A stretch of DNA of 64,000 bases from Gnetum montanum (lineage: Eukaryota > Plantae > Gnetophyta), in NCBI GenBank assembly GCA_015680685.1, contig MNCI01002273.1, forward strand, positions 43,018 through 107,017, written 5' to 3'. The notes under the pieces are model-generated. The model did not search any database. It saw only the letters and a list, made by a program, of their open reading frames with translations, and was not told the origin of the DNA. This document shows positions 37,195 through 49,045 of this stretch, in pieces. How positions within the stretch are numbered: position 1 is the first letter of the stretch; each line of letters begins with the position of its first letter. The translations under genes were made by a program, and so were the position numbers.

Positions 37195-40100
37195 TATATC
37201 TTAGGCTTTTTAGCCTACAGTATGCAGTGGGGGATAAGGTTCTTTCTATTTCTCTTTGTCCACTGCTCCACTGGGTCCTACGCCATCAACTGGACCTACA
37301 TTAAATAAAAATTAAATGATAAATTCGCTAACAAAGAAAGTGACATGCAACAAATAAAAATGATGCAAACTGGACTAACTTGAGAAGGGCCTACATCCAT
37401 TTCCAGTGGCATCTTGTCAAGGATTGCCTCCAAGCATTGGAGGATTTCATCATTAGATAATCATGTCTAGTCCTCTGTGCTAAGTCAATTATTACAATGG
37501 TTATCCCCTTTTCTATGTTGTCTATGAGGGTAGCCTTGGTGAAAACCTTATAGAAGTTACCTCTCTGAAAAGTACAGTCATCTATCTCTCCAGGAACCCA
37601 CTCACCACTACATTGCTTGTGAATAGTTCATAAGCCTATGTTGCACTAATTGCATCAAGAAATATCTCTTGACATCATCACTTCATAGACTCATCCTTTT
37701 CATTTTTATGGTACACTTCATGTTATTCTTGTAGTGGTGTTTGTGATTCTTTTAAGTTTAGCCCCACTAGTACACCTTCATGCTGTAATTCTTCTAGTCT
37801 TGATTTTTCCTTGCTAATAGGTCCATCTATAGCCATTGGTCAATTACCTTGTGGGTAGCTTCATTATTGCATTGAATAGCTAAACAATACCTATCATAAT
37901 TAATTTTATCCATGTGCCAGCTACCATTTGGCTTATCATGTGCTACCAGGAAGTCATAATGGGACTACAAGTCCTCTAGTCCTACCTCTTGGTTTGTCCT
38001 CTTTTCCTAAAGCTTTACACCAATCTCCATAGGTGCTCATTGACACACCTGCACTTCCATAATGCTCTTGTGGAGTATGTCACACATTTACTTTCCTCGT
38101 GATACATGCAATGAGGCACTTGGTCCATTTTGGGGAAACTCAAGCACAACATCAACCTGGGCTACTTCTATTTGAATCCCATTTAAGATGTAAGCTTGTC
38201 ATTCCATAATAGGAAAAATAATGTTAGTCACAAACAAGAAAATAAAATTAGTAAAAAATATAAAAGAAATAATAAAATAGACATACCAATTTCAAGGTCT
38301 GTCTATTTTATATGATCTATCATGTCATCCACCATGCCTTGCATGAAGGAAAACTTATCCAAAGCCTCCATCCACAATTGCATATGGAAGGTGGATGTAG
38401 ATGCTTGATGTTCAAAATAAACACCAATAGCTACAACATAACACACTTTGTGATTATCAGGCAGCCAACAACCAAGGGTGTAAAAGTTAAAGGGGAGATC
38501 ACTAACAACAAACAAAAAAATGATGACAATGCAAAGCTCCTACCCAATAAACCCTCAAGTGTGAGAGTAAGGGAATTGCCCATCTACACGCCATTAAAGA
38601 AATTCTCAAAATCACCCTCTTCAAACTACAACCTTTCTTCTTTGAGTTTCCTTAGTACTTTGGTAGCTTCCTATTCCTCTTCATCTACCATATGTTCCTC
38701 AGGTTAAAGGACATCATCCTTTGTGAGCTCTACTATTGTTGCAAGGGTCCTTTTGCTTGTGTCACCCAAGTTAAAATTATAACTATCAATAATGAGTATG
38801 ATATGAGATGACATGTTACAATAGTATCAAATAATACATACTTACTTGCAATTTTTGAGCACACATCACAAAGCTTAAATTATAGCTTTTTGCCTCCCCC
38901 ATCCTCCACTTCATGCATGGGCTCCTCCATAGGGTGTGGCTTCTTAATCTTTATTTTGAATGATCTCACTATCTTGGAAATGAGTCGTGTCCCTCTTGCT
39001 ACATTTCTAGTGTTGGTTGGTGGGGCCTCCTTGGCACTATCACGTGTGCAATAGCATCATCCCACATTACCCCTAGTTGTTACCGAAAATAACTTGCCAA
39101 TGGCCTTCGAGTGTTCCTGCGACCACATGGTGTGGAATAGGTGGTGGATCCATAGCTTGGAGATCTAAGTGCAATCTTACACCATCCACTGCCTATTCTC
39201 ACAAACCACCAAAAATTCTGCAAATCTTCATAGACATGTTATGAAGAATGTGAACTGCACGTGCAATCATGCTTGAAGGTTGCAACATACCCTACCAATT
39301 TTAGCACATAGGTTTCTAATAAGGTAATTGGCCTAGTTGTATCATGTCCCCTCATCTATTATGTCCCTCATCACTCAAGCTTGCTCAACCCTAAGAATCT
39401 TTCCTTGGAAAAGTAGCTTTGAAAATGCACAATCTGGAAGACTGGATAGAGGTGGTGGACCATGGGCACCTTCACTTCCTTCACTAGTATTCCTTTGTAG
39501 ACTTTGGAAGTGATCAACCACTTTTCAACATCCTCTTTGTGGTCTAGGTCTTTATCAGACTTTTTGCAACTAGTAGACCCTTAGAGGAAATGCCAAATAG
39601 GTCCACAAAGAATTCATCTATAATTTCAAAAATCACCCACACATTATGAACCCATGTGCTGAAGCAATCAACACTCTTAGTGAAGGAGTCAATTATAGAA
39701 ATCATTTCAATCATTGGGATGCTTGAACTAACAACCAAGAAAAGGTCCATGAGCCCAACCCACTGGAGATTCCTTGTTACTTTTGTTGAGACCTCATAGC
39801 ATAACCAATGTTGTGAACTCTCAACCTCATCATATTTAAAGATGAGAGTGGCCTCAATGTGACTTGTAGCAACCACTGTGACCTCTCTTAACTTAGCTAC
39901 AACTGCAATAAGCAAAGGTAAAATTAGCAACATGAGAAAAATAAAGCAAAAAGTGCATAAAAATAAGTAACAAAATGGCATGAATGATGTACAAGATGGT
40001 GGTAGTGGGCCTAAAACTTCCTCCATGCTAGGAATGTCAGTTGCCCACTTAGTGTCCAACTAGCCAAGGGCCCAACATCTCTCATAGACTTAGAATATCA

Positions 40101-42144
40101 ATGAGGAAGTTTCACTAGGTCTACCCCGATCTACCCAATCATTGCTGCATGAACATTCTCAAATGGTGAGAATTCTTGTAGGCTAGTTTGAGTCAGTTTC
40201 AATTGGCCCTCTTCATCATGGAGGCCATTTTCATCAATGGAAAACCTAGTAATGGACATAAGAGGTTAACACCTTAAGTTGTAAACTAATAGGTAGCATA
40301 AGAAATAATAGTAGGACTCACCCTCTAGCACAATACACTATCCTAGGTAGGTTCTAGAAAAGAGTGTGCAGATGTCAAGTGATGAATAAAGTGTTATTTT
40401 TATTGTAGTATTAAAATTCAAGCACTCCCCAGATCTTGGATAGAATCGTACGATTATTCTAGCCTTGGCCTAAGCTCCTAGCTCCTTCATTGTTAGCAGG
40501 CTCATTAGATATGAATCTTAGAATGCCTCAAGTCATCCCAAGAAATAGTGTTCCATTATGACACTTACTACTTTTTCCAACAAGTGTGACCAAATCATCA
40601 CACTGAAGTGGTGGAGAAAAAATTTTAGGAATTCTTGCACGCTTAACCTAAACCATACTACCTAGTGGCCCACATGTGTGTCTAGTATAGGCATGTTTGG
40701 CACATGCTCACTCATGTAGCACAAAATGCCCACCAACTCAACTATGATGAAGATGGATTTTAAAAATACCCTACGATGCCATAGTAGCAATAAAAGGAGG
40801 ATGCTAGCATTGAATAAGAAAAATGCATTAAAATTATGCTCAGTACATTTAAATTTCCACCAAGCCCCATGAGAAAGGGATGTCAGCATATCCATCTAAC
40901 ATGCCCAATCCCTAGCAGGACACAACACTAACATTTATGTTACATATTTACAAGTATTACAATTTTCAAAGTATCACAAAATTTTCTAACTATTGATTAT
41001 TCTCCCCATAGAGCATAACCTTCCCAACTGCAAAATTTTTTCTAAGTGCTACTTAAGTTCCCCATAGAGTGTAACAACTACCAAATTTTTTCTAAGTGCT
41101 AGTTACGCTCTTTGCAGGGGGTAACAACTAAAAAAATTTTCCAAGTGCTAGTTATGCTTCCCACAAAGTGTAAAAACCACAAAAATTTCTATAAAAAATT
41201 TCAAAAATTATAGGGTACGCTCACTATGGAGCGTAACCCATTGATTGCATTACCTGTAAAGCGTAACACTAGGAAACCAAAATTTTTCTAACTTCTTGTT
41301 ATGCTATTAGGAATGCATCCTATCATGACTGCTATGACCCTCATAGTCATCCTACCTAGACTTTCATGCTCTATCTTCATCCTTGAGTTGCCTCTACTAA
41401 GTCCTTTCTCACATCATGCATAGGATGCCAAAAATTTTTTGTCCCACATCATGTGCAAGACACTAAGAAAAATCCATGTCCCATGCCACATGAGGGATGC
41501 CAAGGAACCCTTGTTTTGTGCCATGCATGGTACACTAAGAAAATCCCCTATCCCATGCTACATGTGGAACACTAAGGAACCCTTGTTCCATGTCATGCAC
41601 AGGACATCAAGAAAACCCCTATCCCATGCCTCGCATGGGATGCTAAACCATCAATGTAAAAAGCTTAAAAAGCCAAAAAAATGCATCATGTGCACTTCCT
41701 TCCTTGGCCATAACTCATGGCGATCATGGTAGCAGAGGTGGTCTCTATTGAAGGTAGGCCATCCTCAAAACACCAAAACCTTGAGGTACACAAAAAATAA
41801 GGAAAGAAAATCACAAGGGTGGAGTGTAGTACCTTACCTGACCAATGAAATCTCCATACAATCCTCTATGTGTGCCCTAGGAAGGTGCCTCAGTGTGTGT
41901 TCTCCTTCATTCATGTTGCTGAGGTAGAGTGTTAGTGTTCACTATGACACATCATGATTTATTTTTATGCTCTTATTTTCTTCTTTCCTCTCTGTTATGC
42001 TCTATGTTCCTCTCTATTATTCTCTAGCTTCCTCTCTGTCATCGCTACGCTCTATCTCCCTTCACCTTAGCTACACTATGCTCATTCACTATTTGCTTTA
42101 ACTTTGAAAATGATAGGTTTCCTATGATAAAATCCCTATTTATA
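37195..42144 (-). pseudogene. Most complete copy of the antisense spliced accessory gene (element C), ~8 exons
   Basis: TATAAAT 42138-42144; donor 41837. Exons: 40770-40322 (VVWFRLSVQEFLKFFLHHFSVMIWSH...LSKIWG...YYNKNNTLFI), 40245-~39993, 39902-38846 (VGLMDLF...FFVDLFGI...YN*ANYL), ~38782-38544, 38501-38287, ~38205-37380 and 37295-~37195 (ends AKKPKI*). Coding-region introns are short, T-rich and mostly GT-AG. Confidence 0.8.
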
Positions 42145-42589
42145 CCCTTTAGGGTTGAAGGACATGTCACCCTCCTAGGGTGTCCCATGTCCTGCGTGTA
42201 ATGCAGGATTATCCCATGTCCCACCTGTAACATAGGACAAGTATAGCACCTAGAGTTAGAAAATTTTCTCAACTTTTTCAATGTCCCTATACTAAGAAAA
42301 TATTTTGCATTTTTTCTAATTGCCGAATAAACATCTAGCTTAGTCTCACATTTAAAACATTTCAAGCCTTACTTAAACACATGTTTCCCACATAAATCAT
42401 GGTCTGCTATGACCTTAAACTAGCAACTTTATGGACAATTGAGGCCCCAAAATTACTTTACCTACTTTCTTATTTGATCTGAAAACTACATAAGCAAATT
42501 TTCATAACATTATCTTCCTTATTTTATGCATTTTTCCTTAATACATGTGCCACTTGACATTTTTCTGATTATTTTACAAGATTTTTTGT

Positions 42590-43441
42590 AGGATTGTAGA
42601 ATGAATGCATACAAGTGTCTTCATGCTCCCTTGGTCTTAACTACACCTTATGGTGAGTCCATGAGATGCGTAAATGCTGAGCTCATAGAATTTGAACTTG
42701 TGACTTATGACACAAATGTAGCATCCCTAGAGATAGCTCTAGACTAGCTAGACCATCTAGTTAGAACTCTAAACTTAGAAGCATGTGATGTAACTAAGGA
42801 TCCTCTCATAGAAGTCCTTGTAGTAACATGTAAAGGTGAGGCAAAGACATTGAAACTTAGTTCCTTGTTAGAGCCTCAAATGAAAAAAAGAATCTATAAA
42901 GTTCTCAATGATAACATCAAGGTGTTTACATGGTCCTACAAGGACATGCTAGGCTTGGACCCTCACATAATACAACAAAACATAATCCTCAATCGTCGCA
43001 TAAAACTAGTTAAATAGAAAGCTTGCAAAGCCAAGCTTGAGGTGTCATTGGCCATTCATGATGAAATCACTAAGCTTTACAAAGATGGTTACATTCAAGA
43101 AGTTAACTATGCTGGCTAGGTTTCAAACATAATAGTTGTCCCTAAAAAAAATGAAAGTATACACATTTTCATAGATTTCCAGGACTTAAACAAGGCAACC
43201 ATCAAACATGATTTTCCATTACCTAGTATTGACCAACTCATTGATACCATGACTAGTCATGCCTTGTTGGCCTTTATGGATGGGTTCTCAAGGCACAACC
43301 AAATCTAGGTCAACCTAGAGCACTAGCTCAGCATCACTTTCATGACCCCTTGGGGTACATTTTGCTATACAATGATTCCATTTGAACTAAAGAACATGGA
43401 AGCAACCTACCAATGTGCAATGACATATATCTTTAGCCACT
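42590..43441 (+). pseudogene. pol: RT of element C, truncated
   Basis: VFTWSYKDMLGLDP, FIDFQDLNK, AFMDGFSRHNQI, TPWGTFCY, ATYQCAMTYIFSH, then a breakpoint. Confidence 0.9.
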
Positions 43442-44200
43442 AACAAGCTTGTGTTGCTTGGGATCCCAATGAAGATCCTGCTAGTATGAAAAAGGGAGCT
43501 GGTGAGGTAGATATCACTAGGGATGGGTAAGTGGAGTGAGGTTGTGTGGTAAAGGACATTGATGAGAATAGTGAGGTAGGTTAGGCAATAAGCTTGGGTT
43601 GGTGCATAGCCATGATAGGTGTTGGACCAAAAATAATGGGATAGGTATGAGGGGATTGAGGTACCTACCCTATGGAGGATAGTAGGGGTATAAAGACAGA
43701 GGTGGTTACCTAGGGAGCTGACCATTAGAGAAGGTTTTTGATAAATGTGTTTAGCTTCTACTCTACCTTAAACTCATCTTACTTCTCTTGGTGATCCTAC
43801 GAGCTAATTTTCTCACTAAACTCATCAAAATCTATTAGTTGTATGATCATGTGTGTGTAGAAATTGGTGAGGAAAATTTTTTCATATGCCAATGGGATGT
43901 ACTCTTTCCCATGTCAATGTATTTTTTCAAATTGACACTTAGTGTCAAATTCAGATTGTGGTATTAGGAGACCAGTTTGTATCTTAGCATAGAGCATGTT
44001 GTAGAACTCATTAATGATTGCAAAATTTACTTTTTCACACCTTTGTTTAAGTGACTATCTTCATTCTATGACCACTAGGTCTTTTAGGTCTTAGGCATGA
44101 AGTCCATCTTGGCTAGAGGCCATGTATGCAAGGTGTAGTGGTAGCATAATTGATTTGCAAAAATGCATGAACTAGTACCAACAAAACCAAGCTAGGTCAC
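43442..44200 (-). pseudogene. gag: N-terminal gag remnant of element E
   Basis: KIQTGLLIPQSEFDTKCQFEKIH*HGKEYIP matches C (KGLSLDHQEIETKCNFEIIHQNEKEFLP); followed by Pro/Thr-rich sequence. Confidence 0.65.
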
Positions 44201-45335
44201 CAAAAAGTAAGCTGGGAAATTATTGAAAAATTAAAAAATAAAACCTCAACTTACTATAGTTTTTTATGTTAGGCTTTAAAAAGTCCAACAATTGTGAAAA
44301 TTTAAATATGTTGGGCTTTGAAAAGATACGCTAGTATTTTTCCAAAAAAATATGTTGGTGATAAAAAGGACAAGTTTTTTATTTCATTTTTTCAAGGGAT
44401 GTTTATGGATTTTCGCTTTATGGAAACTATGCTAGGTATTATTATGCAGCTAAGAAAAAAATGCTATTTTTTAAAAAATATATACTTGGTGTCTTGAAAA
44501 GAAATGTTAGGGTTTGTGGGGTAATAAGAAAATGTAATTTGTCCACCAAGGTTATGTTGGGTAGTTTGGAAAGGAGGGGGGAAGAGGGGAAGTGGAAGGT
44601 GGGATGTTTGATTTAATTTCTTAATTAATTAAACCAAAATTCTAGCAAGAGGAATTTCCCAAGGTGCAAGAAGTTATGACATGAAAAGTAGTTGAAACTA
44701 CAACTATAAGTATAGTGCAAGCTGTAGTGGAAATGATGTGATAGTATTTAAGATAGGTAACACCAACTATGCTAGCTTTAATAGTAAGATCTATGCTAGA
44801 AAGTGTGCAATAGACCACTATATTGCCTAGCCAACTATGCTAGGGTAGGTGATGGAAAATGGTTTTTCTTAGTAAAACCAAGCTAGAAATATTTTCCCCT
44901 AAAGGAGGTGCACTAATTTTTAAAAAATAAAATGTGAAAAGTTTTAGTTTCTCAAGGACTATAGTGGAGTCCTAGTAGTGTCTATGCTGGCTCTTCTATA
45001 GAATTTTGTAGTAGATGAATTTGGGTTTTTGTATAGCCCTATGCTAGCCCCTAGATCCCCAAATGTAGTTTCAAAAAATAAAATTTTATAGGATTTTAAT
45101 GTAAACTATGCAAGTTTCATAGAATCCAAAAATTGCTATGAAAAACTGCAAAAACCCAAATCAACCACCACAAGTACTTTGGGTATTATGTACAGGGATT
45201 GGAATACCAATGTTGATTTTGATGATAGATATTTGCAAGTTTTAGAGTTTAAAATCTGTAAAACATGATTGTAAAAAAAGATTGATTAATTTGGTCTAAG
45301 AATTTGGATAGAGGCCCTCGTTCTAGTGATAGAAA

Positions 45336-46564
45336 TGATAATGCCTGAAAAATTTAATTGCTAAAAAACTAAAAATCCCATGTATAACAGTTTAACTCCA
45401 AATCCCAAGGGCCTTTGACAAGAGGATCTACAGCACCTTGGACGCTCTTGACAATCACCTAGGGACTTAGAAATTGTAAAATAGTGTAAAATAATTGAAT
45501 AAAAATTTTATATCTAACCAAGAAAAATAGCAAAAATAAACTTGTACAAATTAAATGAAATACAATTTTTATTGAAAATAATAATAGTTGGAAATAAAAA
45601 AGGTTCAAATGAGGACAAGTTTTTTATTCTTAAAATGCAGAAAGAGTTATGTCATAAGTTGTTGCAATCTTAGTGAAAGTGGCAAAGTGCTTCTTGTAAT
45701 TAGCTCCATGATCTAGGCACTTCAAAGTTCCACTCTTGAAACTCTTTGCTAGTCCTCAAGTTTGATTTGCTATGCTGGTTGAAAAATGAGTAAGGTAATT
45801 ACTTGACTCTTTGGTATTGGACAATTAATTCAAGAGTCTCTAATGCTAAGCCAATTGTTAGTTTTTCAAAAAAAAAAAAAAATCTTTTCAAAGAGTTGGA
45901 ATTTTTATTTAAATAGGCTAGTGGTGCTCAATTTGTTGCTAAAAATTTCCTACCATGATTGATAATAGATTGAAATCATGTGTAGGTGTGACAAGCTTTC
46001 AACTCTAGCATAGTTTCCATTTATAGTAAGGTTTGATATCCCCAAGGCACTAAAACCATGATTGTTATCATAAATAGTAAATAAACTTTTCCAACTATGT
46101 TGGCTTCTCTCACCAATGTTGGACTTATGATAGCAATGCTTTAGTTATTTAAAAAATAAAAACCCCAATCACTCTTATTCTAGCTTTGTAGGACCATGTT
46201 GAGAGTTGTAGCAACTATGCTGGCCATTGTTGGAAAAATGAAAACCCAACACCACCAATTCTGGGGGTAGGTAGTCCTAGCATAGTTGAGGCTATACCCC
46301 CACAAAACCCATGAAAATGCCAATTTTGATAGTCCAAAAGGCATTTTTAACCTTCCCAAGCCCAAATATAGACATGGTATGACTATTTTCACTTGGGCAG
46401 TGAGGCTGTGATAATTTATAAAGAATTTTTTCAATTTCAAAAGTTAAAGTATGTGAAATTGCCTCTCATCGATTACAATCTTCACATTTCAGAATAAAAT
46501 TCCAGCCTTAGATTTGATGGTAAAGGTTACAAGTTGCAATATAAGATTTCTTAGTGGTGTTTCA
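45336..46564 (-). repeat. 5' LTR of element E
   Basis: Direct repeat of 10519-11735; adjacent PBS remnant; ends GGTGTTTCA followed by TSD ATACC. Confidence 0.9.
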
Positions 46565-46802
46565 ATACCAAGAGAGGTAGAAGCAACGACATCATCATGA
46601 CCTAAATAAGTGAAAGCTCAAGAAACAAGACCTAGCCCTCAAGGCTATTCACAAACATGTAGACAAGTTCTTAGCCAATTGGAAGGGGCCTTTCCTAGTT
46701 ATCAAAGCTTATGATAATGGAGCATTCAGATTAGTAGATATTGAGAAGAATGAATTGACCAATCTAATCAACCATTTCTATATCAAGACTTATTACATCT
46801 AA
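46565..46802 (+). pseudogene. Integrase C-terminus of element F
   Basis: YQER...KFLANWKGPFLVIKAYDNGAFRL...NHFYIKTYYI*; homologous to the end of A pol. Confidence 0.9.
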
Positions 46803-47947
46803 CACAATTCTCTTTATAGGTGTATTGATGGCCTTTAAAACTAATAGCAAGCTAGCCTACATGATCTCTCTCTCTCTCTCTCTCTCTCTATTTGGAAACT
46901 ATGTAAAATTTGATCTACATCACAAAAATATCCCAATGTTGCACTGGTGATAACTTATANACTATGTAAAATTTGATCTACATCACAAAAATATCCCAAT
47001 GTTGCACTGGTGATAACTTATAATGGTCTATAGACTTGCTGGTTATCCCATATAACCTTATGTAATGTTTTGTAACAACATGTTTTTTTTTGTCTTGTTT
47101 TCTTGTGCTCTTGGATTTTTGCTTGCAGAATGAAGCCTAGAAGTTATCTCAAAGGTGAAACTCATTACAACAACAAGTTACCAGATGATCTTGATGCATG
47201 AGACTTAGTTAGCTTATCCTATTATTCCAAGAGTACTTATCTTACACCACTTCCATTACTACTCTTTGAGCCAAAATCCTATAGCATAATTATAAACAAC
47301 AATGATTACCTATGTTTGACATTCATACATTATGAATGTGTGAAATCTCCTTCATCATGATACACCATCAAGCTTGTTGGATGTAAAACATCTCATTCAA
47401 GGAGAAAATCAAACTAAGTTTGGCCTTGGAAATGAAATCTAATAAATTTTTTACCATACAAAAGAATAAAAGAATAAAAAAGAGAAAAATAGAGAAGTAA
47501 GTTGCCAAGGAAGCTGAGAGGCCAATGAAGCCCAAAAGAATATCAATGGCTCCAAACAAGTAAAGGGAGGAGCCTAATGGCCAAAGAAGCCTTGGAGTAG
47601 AGTGTCAATCCCTCAAAAACATTACTGAATAACCAACACTTTGAAGCATGAGGCACAAAGACTACACCAATCAATAGGTATGTCACTGCCATATCATTAC
47701 CATGATGTCAACATTTGGAACTTATTATTAACCCCTATGACCATTTCCTTCTAGCTATATATAGCCTTCATCTTATAACATTTAATCATAATCCTAGCTC
47801 ATCATCACAAGCACTCTTTAATATGGTTCTATAGTTATAGAATCAAGCATGGAAAGGAAATATTGGTAATAGACCTATGGTGGTGTTTTGCATTCTTTGT
47901 AAATATATCTTGGGTTAATCCTTAAAACATCAACAAATAGGAGTTAA

Positions 47948-49045
47948 TGAAACACCAAAAAGAAATTTCATGTTGCAACCCATGCCCAAAACCATTATAA
48001 TTTGATATAAAATAATAATAGATATAATTACCTTATTTTCCCAACACTTGGCATTATAACCCTTACCATTTAGACTTTAGGGAATATCTTATTATAAAAT
48101 GTGAGGTTTGCAGTTCATAGGTCATAATCTCACATACTTTAACTTATTGAGGCTAAAAAAGACCTCATATGTTGTTATTGATTCACTTCCCAAGAGAAAA
48201 TAAGTTATATTAGGCATGTACCTAGGCTTGGGAAGATTGAAAATACCTTGGGAATTGTCAAGTTTTGGTTTTCATGGTTTTTATGCTGGTCAAAGTAGTT
48301 TATATGCTAAGATTACGTACAACCAATTTATACATTGTTGGACTTTGATTTTCATGGTGAAGCCAATGTATTCTCTATGGAAGCTAGCATATTAATATCA
48401 AGGTTAGCATACTTATGATGAAGCCAATGTATCTTTGTGAAGCCAATGTACTTCTTATGAATCTAGCATATTTATGATGGCCTTCATTCATTTGAACTTA
48501 CTAAAATTGATAAATATGCTAAGGTTAATGTCCTACAATGTTAGAAATTTGCAATAATCTATTAGTAATCAAATAAAAGTCCAACAACCATTCATCATTT
48601 CAATGCCCACAAGGCACATCCAATACTAGAGAGCTAGCAAGGAGCTTTAGAAGTACAAATTTGGAGCATCCAGATTGTGAAACTAACTACATTACACACT
48701 CTACCAATTTCATTGATCTTCAAGCATCTTCTGTGTACCTCCTTGTGCACCATAAGCACACAAACTTGTACTCATTCAAACTTTGTCTTACAAAATTTTA
48801 TTATTTTAATAAAATGTTGTAGTTCATTTGTGAATTTTAAGTTTATTTTTATATTTTCTTTGGCATTAGATGTGCAATTTTTATTAAATTTATTTACATC
48901 CATTTTACAAATTCTAAGTCCTTGGGTGATCGGCAAGACTATCCAAGGTGCTTTAGATCCCTTCTTTGAGGTCCATGGGATTTGAGGTTAAACTATTTCA
49001 TTGAAAATCTTTAATTTTCCAACACCAAATTTTTTGAGTGTTACA
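47948..49045 (+). repeat. 3' LTR of element F
   Basis: PPT remnant ACAAATAGGAGTTAA, then TGAAACACC...GTGTTACA; inverted homolog of the E LTRs. The 3' UTR 46850-47947 matches E 11736-12800 inverted. Confidence 0.85.

Larger units (their letters stand above)
21914..43441 (+). mobile_element. Element C: Tat-type element: LTR-PBS-gag-[B insertion]-PR-antisense gene-RT (truncated at ~43441)
   Basis: gag 23341-25775, resuming at 35162; PR ~35770-36120; RT ~42590-43441, stopping before YVDD. Confidence 0.85.
10519..46564 (-). mobile_element. Element E: Tat-type LTR element (same LTR family as F), pol-deleted, enclosing D, C and B; inserted in F integrase
   Basis: Paired LTRs 10519-11735 and ~45336-46564; TSD ATACT/ATACC; minus-strand PPT at 11736-11750; degenerate tRNA-Asn PBS at 45315-45331. 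The host integrase frame (IERY|QER) is continuous across the insertion. Confidence 0.85.

Noticed and set aside
37195-42144. Reading the antisense gene as an independent host gene or inserted DNA transposon
   Set aside because: It recurs at the same position and orientation relative to RT in three divergent elements, and I see no TIRs or TSD around it.
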